This document shows, one piece after another, positions 9,988-20,142 of a stretch of 37,054 bases of DNA. Location of the stretch: contig BLSG01000219.1 in assembly GCA_012862495.1 (NCBI GenBank), positions 26,154 through 63,207 on the forward strand, written 5' to 3'. The position numbers and the translations under genes are program-made. Position 1 is the stretch's first letter, and each line of letters starts with the position of its first letter. The DNA is from Thraustochytrium aureum (taxonomy: Eukaryota). Below the pieces are notes generated by a model that saw only the letters and a list, made by a program, of their open reading frames with translations, did not search any database and was not told the origin of the DNA.

Positions 9988-10800
9988 GGAAGCTTTGCCG
10001 CGCGAGTCCTCATCCTCGCCCTCCGNNNNNNNNNNNNNNNNNNNNNNNNNNNNNNNNNNNNNNNNNNNNNNNNNNNNNNNNNNNNNNNNNNNNNNNNNNN
10101 NNNNNNNNNNNNNNNNNNNNNNNNNNNNNNNNNNNNNNNNNNNNNNNNNNNNNNNNNNNNNNNNNNNNNNNNNNNNNNNNNNNNNNNNNNNNNNNNNNNN
10201 NNNNNNNNNNNNNNNNNNNNNNNNNNNNNNNNNNNNNNNNNNNNNNNNNNNNNNNNNNNNNNNNNNNNNNNNNNNNNNNNNNNNNNNNNNNNNNNNNNNN
10301 NNNNNNNNNNNNNNNNNNNNNNNNNNNNNNNNNNNNNNNNNNNNNNNNNNNNNNNNNNNNNNNNNNNNNNNNNNNNNNNNNNNNNNNNNNNNNNNNNNNN
10401 NNNNNNNNNNNNNNNNNNNNNNNNNNNNNNNNNNNNNNNNNNNNNNNNNNNNNNNNNNNNNNNNNNNNNNNNNNNNNNNNNNNNNNNNNNNNNNNNNNNN
10501 NNNNNNNNNNNNNNNNNNNNNNNNNNNNNNNNNNNNNNNNNNNNNNNNNNNNNNNNNNNNNNNNNNNNNNNNNNNNNNNNNNNNNNNNNNNNNNNNNNNN
10601 NNNNNNNNNNNNNNNNNNNNNNNNNNNNNNNNNNNNNNNNNNNNNNNNNNNNNNNNNNNNNNNNNNNNNNNNNNNNNNNNNNNNNNNNNNNNNNNNNNNN
10701 NNNNNNNNNNNNNNNNNNNNNNNNNNNNNNNNNNNGGAGCCCGGGCGGAGCAAGGCTGTAATTCTGGCATGCTGCTTTTCTTCGACAATGAATGTGCCAT

Positions 10801-11442
10801 TTAATGCGCCTTTGGATGGTCCGAACCAGGACGGGGCAGGCCCACCACAGGCCAGCCGAGCAGCGCGTCTGATACCATCGTCAGCGTGGTCGAGAGGATC
10901 AGGATGGTCTGGTAGACCGGCGGGTCGACCATCATTTGCTGGATCGTCGGCTCGAAAACGGGCTTCCAGCCAAACTCGACAACCAAGCCAAGTCCCCACC
11001 ACAAGGGCGCCATGCCCACGCGGATGTTGCCATGGAAAAGCGCGTCGCTCTCCGTGTAGTGCCAGGCCACGTTTCGCCCGAACAGCGCAGTCATAAAGTA
11101 ACCCTGGACTAGCTCGAGCAGCCAGATGTTGAGCGGGTACAGCAGAACGCGCAGCGTTTCGTCCTCGACGTACTTGGGATACGCGAACAGCAGGATGGGC
11201 GTGTACAGCACGTTGCACCAAAACTGCGCCCAGGTCGTGTGGCCCCTCCAGCCCGGCGCACTCAACGAGGTGAACGTTGTCTCGATCAACGCAAAGCAGC
11301 ATGCCGCCAAAGTGGCGGCCGCGCGGTGCTCTGTCGTTGTGTTGTGCGCCCACGCGGCCATGATCGTACCCAGCAGGACGAGCCGCACATAGACAGCCTC
11401 AAAGTCGCGCCACTGCGCGAACATGTCGCGAGGGAGCCCCAT
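10801..11442 (-). CDS. Multi-pass membrane protein, TMEM229/CmpB-like family
   Basis: 213 aa with several hydrophobic segments. Motifs ETTFT..GHTTW, RVLLYPLNIWLLELVQGY and AWHY...FHGNIRVGMAPLWWGLG resemble the TMEM229 pattern. Confidence 0.7.
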   Translation of the reverse strand: MGLPRDMFAQWRDFEAVYVRLVLLGTIMAAWAHNTTTEHRAAATLAACCFALIETTFTSLSAPGWRGHTTWAQFWCNVLYTPILLFAYPKYVEDETLRVLLYPLNIWLLELVQGYFMTALFGRNVAWHYTESDALFHGNIRVGMAPLWWGLGLVVEFGWKPVFEPTIQQMMVDPPVYQTILILSTTLTMVSDALLGWPVVGLPRPGSDHPKAH

Positions 11443-11789
11443 CCCCGCGGCCTAACGACGTCGACGACGACAACGACGCGAAAACCTCCCTTCCTGCGAA
11501 GCGCGCCTCGACCTGCAGGCGGGCGCCACGCTGCGGCAGCAACGCAACCGAGCTTCGCTCCGCCGCTGCTTGAACGCTCGCGCGCAGACCTTGTCGCGGG
11601 CACAGAGAGTCTGGGGTGGTTTGGGATCTGCAGACCAACATTGTAGTGGTTGGAGCTTGCTTCTCGCCCAGCCGCACACCTGCCGCCTGCCCTTGGGGAC
11701 CGCGGCTCGCTGGCCCAGCGAGCCGCGACTAGCTTGCTTGGTCCCGGCCGCGCGCTTGGCGCCAGGGGCGAACGCCCGAGGCGGGCGGG

Positions 11790-12592
11790 ATGAGCGCGCC
11801 ATGGCTGTACTTGGCGTGGAACAGGCAAGGCGAAGGGCTCGCTCGCCAACTTGCCCGCAAGCTCGCAGCGGCCATCGAAATCCTGAATGGCCTGGCGGAC
11901 GACGGCGCGGCGCTGGAGGAGAACGAGATGGCAGCGGCCCCGCCGCCGCGAAAGGGGCGGAAGCGACTGCGCGACGACCAGGAAGACACCGCTTTGGGTG
12001 ACGCTTCCACGGCGGAAGAGATCGGAAAGGTTCGCGCCGAGCTGGCTCTGCAAACGCACCGACTGGTCGTCTTGTTCAGGAAAAGCTCGACGAGGACCTA
12101 TTGCGGGCCTGCAAGGACCTGCGGCTCGAGTTGGTCCCCACCGCGGTCTCAAACAGGACAAGGTCGAAAGCGCGAAAGGACGTGTGCGGTGCGGGCACAG
12201 ACCCGCTGGCAGCGCGGCGTGACGTGCAAGAGTCGGGATCCTGGTGCGTCTGCAGGCAGGGCTACACGGGCAAAATGATTGCTTGTGACAATGACCAGGT
12301 GAGTCCAGTTTCTCCAGCCGCTGACTCGAGCCAGAGCGAGCGGTGTTCGTTTGCTTTCTTGTGCTCGAGCTGACCCTGCATTCCACGCTTTGCGCAGTGC
12401 CCCGTCGAGTGGTTCCACTTTGACTGCGCAGGGATCGACGAGAGCGAGGTTCCGAGTAGCTGGATCTGCCAGGTCTGTCTCGCCCGCACGGCTCGAGAGG
12501 CGGCCGCGCTGCGGGCTGCTCGAGCGGTAACTGCGGCATCACCTTTGGCGTCCCTCCCTCGCCCCGCTGCGCGACCAAAGTCGCGGCGTTGA
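11790..12592 (+). CDS. ING-family-like PHD finger protein; join(11790..12298,12398..12592) with an apparent 1-bp deletion at 12081-12084
   Basis: Spliced PHD reads WCVCRQGYTGKMIACDNDQ|CPVEWFHFDCAGI...WICQVC (C4HC3). Intron 12299..12397 has GTGAGT...CTGAC...CAG. Adding one A to AAAA gives RKKLDEDL, an ING-like helix. Confidence 0.85.
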
Positions 12593-12946
12593 CCAGGCGA
12601 CCTTTTGCAGCCCTTTCGCAGCCCTTCCGCTACTATGTAGAGAAAGGAAGTAATCGCGCAACAAAGGACGTTTTCGGTGTGTACGTTGGAGTAGAGTGCC
12701 TTTTGTAACTACACCTCGCGCGCGTGGGCGCCACCCCGTCTCTGGGGCCTGCCAGGCGAGCGCGCCTGTCGTGGGCCTCTCTGGAGCTTCAATTGACGCA
12801 GGGGCTGGTCGCTCGAAAGTTCACGTTCGTCGTTCATCCGGTAGATCCGTTCGCCGAAATCCGGCACATCCGCACATCGTCGCGAGGTCGCACCAACCAG
12901 CAGAAGCTGGGTCGTCAAGCAGGTGGCACAGGCAGCGGGCGGCGGT

Positions 12947-13005
12947 AGCAGCAGCAAGCTAGCAGCAGCAGCGTGAGCAGCAGCAGCGTGAGCAGCAGCA
13001 GCTTG
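12947..13005. repeat. ~15-bp AGC-rich tandem repeat (about 4 copies)
   Basis: Units of agcagcagcagc followed by gtg or ttg. Confidence 0.8.
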
Positions 13006-13170
13006 ACGACATCGCGTCGCGCGCGGCGCCGTGCAGCCAAGCCGGTGTGTCAGCGCGGGCGCTGAGCTCTGTTCACCCTGCAGCCGGCAAGCGCATCCCT
13101 AAAGGCCAAGCAGTGCGCCGATTGGGCGCGCTGCAAGCGCAACATACACGCGCAGGCCTGATCAAGGACG

Positions 13171-14796
13171 ATGATGGTCACTGGCCGCCGCCAGGCGGCA
13201 AACTCGCACGCCAAAAAGGTCGCCAAGCTCCGCGAACGCGCACGAGAGGACGTGCGCGTTGCAAGCGAGTCGCTGCAAAAGCTATCGCTGATACGCAGCG
13301 GCGATACAGTGGGGGTTCTTTTAGACGCTTTTGAAAGCAAGCTGCGCCCGGGCGTCCACGCGCTGGAAAAGGTACTTCGGCAGGCGCAGACGTCCGAGCA
13401 CATGACAAGTGCACAGCTGGGCTTCACGCTCGACAAACTCGGGCTGTCGCAGATCTCGCAGGCGCAAGTAGATGAGCTGTTTGAAGCCCACCACGTCGCG
13501 GGGTCCGAACCGCCTGTTATGAGCTTTTCGGCTCTCGCCCGACAGCTCGTTGAGGCAAAGCGCCGCTCTGGGCTACAGGCCCACGTCGAGCGCGAGGAGC
13601 AAGCCTTCAAGGGCATGGGGAGTGGGCTCAAGGTCCCTCGCGACCGCTTCGGGCCCAAGGCCGTGGCGGAGCTGTTGCGGTCAGAGCCGGAGGCACTGTT
13701 CCGGGAAAAGCTCCAGCAGCGGCTCAAGACCGGCGCAAACGACTGCGGCCTTGGAAACGCATACAGAAACTTTGCCAAAGGCGAAGGCACAGCGTGCGTG
13801 GGGTTTGCAGAGTTCAGCCAGCGCATTCGAGCCCTTGACCTGGACTTGACAGAATCGCAAGCCCACACCCTCTTTGAGCAGTACGCAAACGAACAAGGCG
13901 TTTTGGACTTTGCCAAGTTCACGCGTGCTGTCATGCAAAGCGACTCGCGCGAAAACAGCCTCAGCATAAGGCGTTCCGAGCCAACCAAAGCAGCACAGGC
14001 CAAGCTGCGCGACGCCTCGGAAAAGCGCAATGCCGTGCTCGGCAAGTCATGGGACGCAATCAAGCTCGACTTTCCGTCTGTGCTTCGAAGGAAGATCGAG
14101 GAGCGTCTCACTTCGCACCATCAGCTCCGATCCGCGTTCCGCAAGTTTGACGTTGGATCGCAGCAGGCGCGCATCTTCTTTCCAGAGTTCTACCACGGAA
14201 TTGGCCAGCTGGACCTCCACCTTCCCGAGCACGAGGCGATGGCTTTCTTCAACGCGCTTTGCCCGCCAGGCGAGGACTCGATCCCGTTTTCAACGTTTGC
14301 AGGCTGGCTCGGAGGTTCGGACCAGGACCAAGTGGCGCAACCGAGCCAGACAGAGACAGAGCAGCAAGCCCAAGAGGCGAACAGCCACGCCGGTCGCAAG
14401 CGCCGGCATCGTCACTGCCGCCACAAGAGGCGCAGCAAGTCCGGCACCGAGTCGGCGTCCAGGCACCGCGATTCCGCCGAGGCGGCGAGCGAAGTGTCGC
14501 CCCCTCTGCGAGAAGAGTCGCCTGCGGCGGCGTCGGCTTCTCTGTCGCAAGATCGAGCCGCCCGCTATTCATCCCGCTCATCTGCGCGGTTGTCGAGCGC
14601 AACGCGCAGCTCCTCTCGCGAAACGACCTTGTTCATTCGCAAAGAGCAGCGCTCCAGTATTCAGCCCCAACTCGCTTCAAGTGGTATTGGTCGCGTTTCG
14701 TCTATGCCTGCGCTCCCTGCGTCGGCTCGGTCGGCGCAGGACTCGTGGCGCGGACCAAAAATTAGCACGCACAAGCGCGCGTCAATCGGTTCGTAG
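13171..14796 (+). CDS. Protein with repeated degenerate EF-hand pairs and a Ser/Arg-rich disordered tail
   Basis: 541 aa. AYRNFAKGEGTACVGFAEF...LFEQYANEQGVLDFAKF and AFRKFDVGSQQARIFFPEF...IPFSTF show helix-loop-helix spacing. Canonical Ca ligands are mostly lost. Confidence 0.65.
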   Translation: MMVTGRRQAANSHAKKVAKLRERAREDVRVASESLQKLSLIRSGDTVGVLLDAFESKLRPGVHALEKVLRQAQTSEHMTSAQLGFTLDKLGLSQISQAQVDELFEAHHVAGSEPPVMSFSALARQLVEAKRRSGLQAHVEREEQAFKGMGSGLKVPRDRFGPKAVAELLRSEPEALFREKLQQRLKTGANDCGLGNAYRNFAKGEGTACVGFAEFSQRIRALDLDLTESQAHTLFEQYANEQGVLDFAKFTRAVMQSDSRENSLSIRRSEPTKAAQAKLRDASEKRNAVLGKSWDAIKLDFPSVLRRKIEERLTSHHQLRSAFRKFDVGSQQARIFFPEFYHGIGQLDLHLPEHEAMAFFNALCPPGEDSIPFSTFAGWLGGSDQDQVAQPSQTETEQQAQEANSHAGRKRRHRHCRHKRRSKSGTESASRHRDSAEAASEVSPPLREESPAAASASLSQDRAARYSSRSSARLSSATRSSSRETTLFIRKEQRSSIQPQLASSGIGRVSSMPALPASARSAQDSWRGPKISTHKRASIGS

Positions 14797-14860
14797 GCGA
14801 CCGCAAGAGGCGTGCCCAGCAGCGCCAAAGCGCGAAAAGAAACCAATCTGCTTACTTTCC

Positions 14861-16934
14861 TCACGTCTGCGCTTTTGACTCTGACGTTTTCCTACTAGAG
14901 GACCATGCGCCAGCAGATTCGCGCGCGTTCTTGCGGCCGCGCTTCCACCCCGGCTCGGCTACCTCTCCAGCTTGCTCGCTGCCAGGAGAAAGCGGGCTGG
15001 GCGGGGCCCCCAAACTACCACCGTTCGACGGTCGGGCGTGTCGAGCTCGCAGGAGGTCGTTCTCCGCGCGCAACCTCGATATCTCGTCGCTCTGCTTGGC
15101 AACCAATGCCTTGAGACGCTCCTCTTTCTCCTGGTATGTCCTCGAAAGACCCGCTGTTGCTCGCTGACGAGAAACCTGGAGTTCCTTCTCCAGCTCCGTG
15201 GCCCTATGGTGTTCTGCCTTGAGGGAGCTTNNNNNNNNNNNNNNNNNNNNNNNNNNNNNNNNNNNNNNNNNNNNNNNNNNNNNNNNNNNNNNNNNNNNNN
15301 NNNNNNNNNNNNNNNNNNNNNNNNNNNNTTGCGATAAAGCTCTCCTCGAGCTCAGCAAGCCGTTTGCGGAGCTTGCTGCTTTCGGCGCCCTCCGCGCCCT
15401 GGCCTGCGCTGCGGGCAGGCCGAAGCTCGTCTGCGCGGTCCCCGCACTCAGACGACGCCGCGCTTGGCGCACTGTCGTCGCACGCGCTGAGACAGCTGCG
15501 AAAATCAGACGAGACGGACCCCGAGGCGTCTGAGAGGGCCAAGCGCTGCAGGCGCTTATTTGCAGCCATGACTTGGTCCAAAAGCTCTTGCTTCTCTTCC
15601 AACTGCACGTTGAGGTGCTCGACAACCTCGAGAAACCCGGTTGGGCTTGTCTCGCAGTCGCCAAAGCCAAGCTTGGCCAGACGGTCTACCGTATCGTGTA
15701 GCTTCAGATTGCTCTGAACAACCTTGGCAGACGTCCGCTTGTGCTCTGCGACGGTGCTCTGGAGCCTCTTGATCGTTTGCCCCAGGGCCAAGAACGCGTC
15801 GACAACATTCGCGACGAGCATCCGAATGTCTGCATTGTTGCAGTCACGGGCAAACCCGCGCAGCGCCTTAATGAGGCTTGCCACGCGGTGAGACTCCATC
15901 GCCACGCCGCTCGGCCCGTTTGCGCACAGCTCCCCGTCCTCTTCGCTCGCTTCTTGATCAAGCGAGGTTTTGGGCGGTTCGTCGCCGCTCAGCACGACCA
16001 GGCACGTTTCCTCAAACACTTTGGCGGCGCGAGCGGCAGCCAGTTCGGCTCCCGACGAGGCGGCCGGCGACCCCGGCGCTGCCGGAGAGCTCGCTGATCG
16101 CAAACGAGGGCCGCTCGGCGAACGAGGGCCGCTCGGCGAACGAAGCCCCGAGCCGCCCGTCGCATTGTCTGGACCGAACGCATCGGCCGGCTCTGCATGC
16201 CAGGCCGCGAAAATGGCGCTCGTGTTGCTTTCACCCAGCGCCGCTGACTTGCTTGTGCTGCTCTGAAACTTGCGCATGATTTCAACTTGTTTATTGTGAG
16301 CGATCACGTTGTGCCGCAGGTTGATTTGCCGGAGAGCGAAGCGCTTGAGCGCAAGGAGCGCGGCTGCAGCGGAAAAGGAAAGCCCGCAGCTCACTGCCGA
16401 TACCTCTTCCAGTTGCAGGTTGCCCTCCATCGCGCCGAAGAGGCTTGCTGCAGCTCGGTCCCCAACGTTGTTCTTGTCAAGCCGGAGATAGGCGAGCTTA
16501 GCTTTGGGGTTCGCGCGCAGGAAGAGGGCCAGCGCTTGCGCGGTCGCTCGTCCGCAAGCGTTGTCGGCGATGTCGAGCCGCTCAATGCTGCCCAGGTCGG
16601 CGCACAGCTCTGCGCCGCCTTCGTCGCCGATCGCGCAGTGCACTAGGCTTAGCCGCTTGAGATCGCCGCCCCCCGCCCGCACGAGTTCGCTCAGGTGCCT
16701 CGCCCCCGCGTAGCCCACCTTGACAAAGTCCAGACAAATCTCGCGAAGGTGCGCCGTGCGCACGCAGCGCATGGTGTCCAGCAGCACAGCGACGCAGCTC
16801 TTCGTCAGTTGCTCCTTAGCCAGCACCAACGCATTCGGGTACTCCTCCGCTTCCTGCAGCTTGGCAACGACTCGCGGCGGCGCCTGGACTTTGAGCGCCG
16901 CGCACTGCACCTCAAACGCCTTGGCGAGCGCCAT
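14861..16934 (-). CDS. RNI-like leucine-rich repeat protein with C-terminal coiled coil (spans the N-gap at ~15231-15328)
   Basis: ATG at 16934. LRRs include LKRLSLVHCAIGDEGG, ERLDIADNACG and LRLDKNNVGDRAA. Heptad-rich segments lie on both sides of the gap, with stop at 14861. Confidence 0.8.
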
Positions 16935-17260
16935 TCTAAACGCCGTCCGAGCCGCCGCAAAACCACAAGGTCCGCCGCAGGTCAATCAATGTCCCCGTGG
17001 ATCCCAGCGCACTCGCATGCGCGCTGCAGCCCCCAACCGATCGAGCTCTGCCAGAATCCAGCTTGTCGCCGTCGCAGAAATCAATCCGTTGACGCGTGCC
17101 TCCACGCGCACAGTTCGCGAATTCGCGCGCACACCTCGCACATTAGCTCTAGTGTTTCGCACAATTCGCGCACAATTCACAGTTCGCGCGCAGCTCGCGC
17201 TCGTCGAGTCGCGGGCGCGCAGTTCGCGGTCGGCGCGGACGCGGTGCTGGTCGGGGCGCG

Positions 17261-17695
17261 ATGGGGACCGGCGACGTGGGGCCTGACGGCGTGGCGGCGG
17301 CCAGAAGCGGGATCCTGATCTTGGAGAATGAGGTTGGACGCGCGGCGAGCGAGGATTTGTGGCTCACGGCAGCCTCGGTCGGTGAGTCCTAGCGTGCACG
17401 TGCGCCGGCCGCGCCTTCGGGTTGCTTGGGAGGCTGACGGAGGCGGAGCTTGGCAGTGGCGGTTGTCGGGTTGGTGGTTGCTGGGTGGGTGAGCAAGGAG
17501 CGCCCGGGCCGCTGCAAGCTTCTGGCGATGGGCGTCGTCACGCTTTGGGGCGTGCGACTCGCGTATGGGAGCGACAGCTGGGTTTGTCTTGGCAACCTCG
17601 GCCTGTGGCTCCTGCTGTATAACAGTGTCGGCGACGAGGAGGAGGAGGGCGAAGGCGGCCACGGGCACAGCCACGGGCACGCGCACGCGGACTGA
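17261..17695 (+). CDS. Small membrane protein (~119 aa) with acidic/His-rich tail; join(17261..17381,17457..17695)
   Basis: Phase-1 intron 17382..17456 (GTGAGT...CTGAC...CAG) joins ATG 17261 in frame. Two to three hydrophobic segments, ending DEEEEGEGGHGHSHGHAHAD. Confidence 0.7.
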
Positions 17696-17930
17696 CTTTG
17701 CGAAAGGCTCGGATTGCGAGCGTCGCTTCACGAGTGGCAAGCCCAACCAACGTGCTCTGCGCCCGAGGGGGCTCGCGAGCGAGGGCATCTGGTTTGTAGA
17801 CAGTTATCGCGCTCAAATCAAAACTATCCGCGCGCCCTACCCGCTTGCTACTGCCGTATCCCGCCGTATGAAAGCGACCGCGATCCACTGCCACTCGACG
17901 GCGAGCGCGGCACTGGTCCTGCGCCCTGAT

Positions 17931-19111
17931 TCACTCCGCCGAAAAACGGAGAGCGGCGTACCGGGATTCCAGGTCGTGGACCTCGCCGGGATGGCGGCCG
18001 GTTAAACATGTCTCGAAGCGACGATGAGATCCCTTGGTCTGAAGCCCCGCTGGCGCCGATAAGCGTCGAGCGGGGACTCGAGTTGAGCGCAGCGCGACGC
18101 GACTTGGATCCAACGCTGCCGTGCGCAGAGCCAGGCCGGGATCGGGGCCCACTGCCGCCAGACTCTGAACGGCGCCGAACGCCAGGCAGCCCATATCCGA
18201 TGTCTGCTTGAAGCCGCTGCTGTTGCTGCTGGAGCTGGTGCGCGCGTGCTGGAAGGGTCTGCGACGGGATTCCAGCGTTTGCGAACCGNNNNNNNNNNNN
18301 NNNNNNNNNNNNNNNNNNNNNNNNNNNNNNNNNNNNNNNNNNTGCCCGAAGGGCTTTGCGGGCCAGGTGGCAACGCGCTTTGCGCCGGGACTTGCTGGAG
18401 GCTGGCGTGCAGTGGTGGAGGAGGGGGCGTCGTCTTCCATGCTGTAGCAGAGGCGCGCGCCGGCGAGTCCGGCTCCTCCCCCCGCCTGTGCGAGTAAGTC
18501 TGCTTCCAGTTTTCGAGCTGCCTGTCTCGATCGCGCAAGGTGTAGTTGAGCGCTTGGTTTTTTTCCAGAGCTTTATCCAGTCGCTTTCGTAGTTCTTGCA
18601 CTTCTTCCTGGAGACCGTGGATGGCTTTGCCGGCCTGGTCGATTTCGCCTTGTCGCATTGTTTCCGACTCGCCGAGCTTTGCGAGGGCCTCCTCGGCCTG
18701 GCGCCTGGACAGCTCGTGCTTTGCTTTGGGTCGTAGGGGTTTTCGGAGTTAGCTCTCGGTGGCCTCGCTTCCCGTCGCTGCTACAGATTTTGCCTTACCA
18801 TGCGTTTGCACAAGCTCGAGCTGCCGCAGGTCGCTCACCAAGCGATCGATATAGCTTGCACCGTTTGCAATAGCCACAGCAACCAGCGACGCTTTAAGGT
18901 CGCGCACTTCAGCATCAGAAATGCGCCTGCCAACGACTTGAAACCACACGAGTTCCTCTTCGCAGGTGAGGTCCCTGCACACCGGACAGACGATGCCGCG
19001 CGGCCCGCGGTTCCCCTGGCCACATCGCTCGCAAACAACGTGGTTGCAGATCAACTTGCCAGCGGTCTCTCCCGCGGTGCTCCAGCAAACATTGCACAAA
19101 ACGCTCTCCAT
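17931..19111 (-). CDS. RING finger + coiled-coil protein, HEI10/CCNB1IP1 (Zip3/RNF212 family)-like; exon 1 19111..18799, exon 2 from 18723; 3' end uncertain (17931 or 18002)
   Basis: N-terminal CNVCW...CNHVVCERC...CPVC RING. A 75-nt intron 18724..18798 (GTAAGG...CTAAC...AAG) restores the frame into the coiled coil LQEEVQELRKRLDKALEKNQALNYTLRDRDRQLENWKQTY. The disordered tail crosses a gap. Confidence 0.7.
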
Positions 19112-19546
19112 CCCGCGCCACGCCACGCGTTGTTCCGATCCAACGCCGCAAAGGAATCGACAACTGTGCGCAGCGCCCCAGCGTCCCTTCCCGCCGCGCT
19201 GCTCTTCCTCGTCCGCGCTGCTCTTCCTCGTCCGCGCTGCTCCCTCCCCGCGGCTCGCGCGCGTTGCGAGTCTGCCGCTCCCGCTCGCGCAAAACGCGCT
19301 CTCCTGCCAAGGACGTTCCCACCAGAGGTAGGTTCCCAACGCGGAACCCAGCCGAGACGCGCGGTCGAGCTCCCGCCGAGATCCAACGTTGGTTCCCACG
19401 GCGCCGCCCGAGACGGTCTGGGAACGTGATGCGCGTTCCCGGGGCCCTGCGCTCGCCCTCGTGGTTCCCGAATCTACCAACCGACAAAGAGGAAGGAAGG
19501 GAGGGAGGGAGGGAGGGAATGCACATGCGTTGCTCCAAGGACCCGT

Positions 19547-19671
19547 ATGCCCAGCCCTTGGCGTTCCCGCGATCCCCAGCCCTTGGCGTTCCCGCGAACC
19601 CGAGCTCTACGCGTTCCTGGCATCCCAAGCCCTAGGGGTTCCCGCGATGCCCAGCCCTAGGCGTTCCCGGG
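19547..19671. repeat. 25-bp minisatellite, 5 copies
   Basis: Consensus ATSCCCAGCCCTWGGCGTTCCCGCG at 19547, 19572, 19597, 19622 and 19647. Confidence 0.92.
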
Positions 19672-19739
19672 GTCCCGCGCGCCTGCCTCCAAGGCCAAGC
19701 CAGCACCGCCGGCCGCCCCCACCTTGCGCAGGGTCGTTC

Positions 19740-19772
19740 CCGTTCCCAACCCGGACCGCGGGTTGGGAACGG
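19740..19772. other. Perfect 14-bp inverted repeat (hairpin) with 5-nt loop
   Basis: CCGTTCCCAACCCG-GACCG-CGGGTTGGGAACGG, immediately followed by CTAG. Confidence 0.9.
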
Positions 19773-20142
19773 CTAGGTTAGACCCTCCGATGCTGGGTTG
19801 GGTCCGTAACGGTAAGGTCCGCCTTTTCCTCTTTTTGGCCCTTGTCGTTCTTCGTGGAGGAGCGGGAAGGAAGAACACGGCAGACCCGCAACGCGGAGGC
19901 GGCGGATTGGAGGCGCTGGCAGAGCGCGCGAGCGACACCGGAGGCGCTGCGACTCCGACGGTGAGCGGCGCCGCGGGCGGGGCCGCTGCGGTTGGCATCG
20001 TTCGGGTCGGGCCGGCGTGACGCGACGCCGTCCGTGGACTGTGCTTACCAGGCCGCCGCTCGCTCGCTGGCTCGCTCGCTGGCTCGTGCTGCGGGTGCGG
20101 GTGTGGACCCGAGGCGGGGTTGGCCCTTCGTTGGCGGGGTAC

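Noticed and set aside
19740..19776. Canonical Helitron 3' end or rho-independent terminator
   Set aside because: CTAG abuts the hairpin rather than lying ~10 bp downstream and is followed by G, not T. There is no U-tract and the genome is eukaryotic. Kept only as an open hypothesis.
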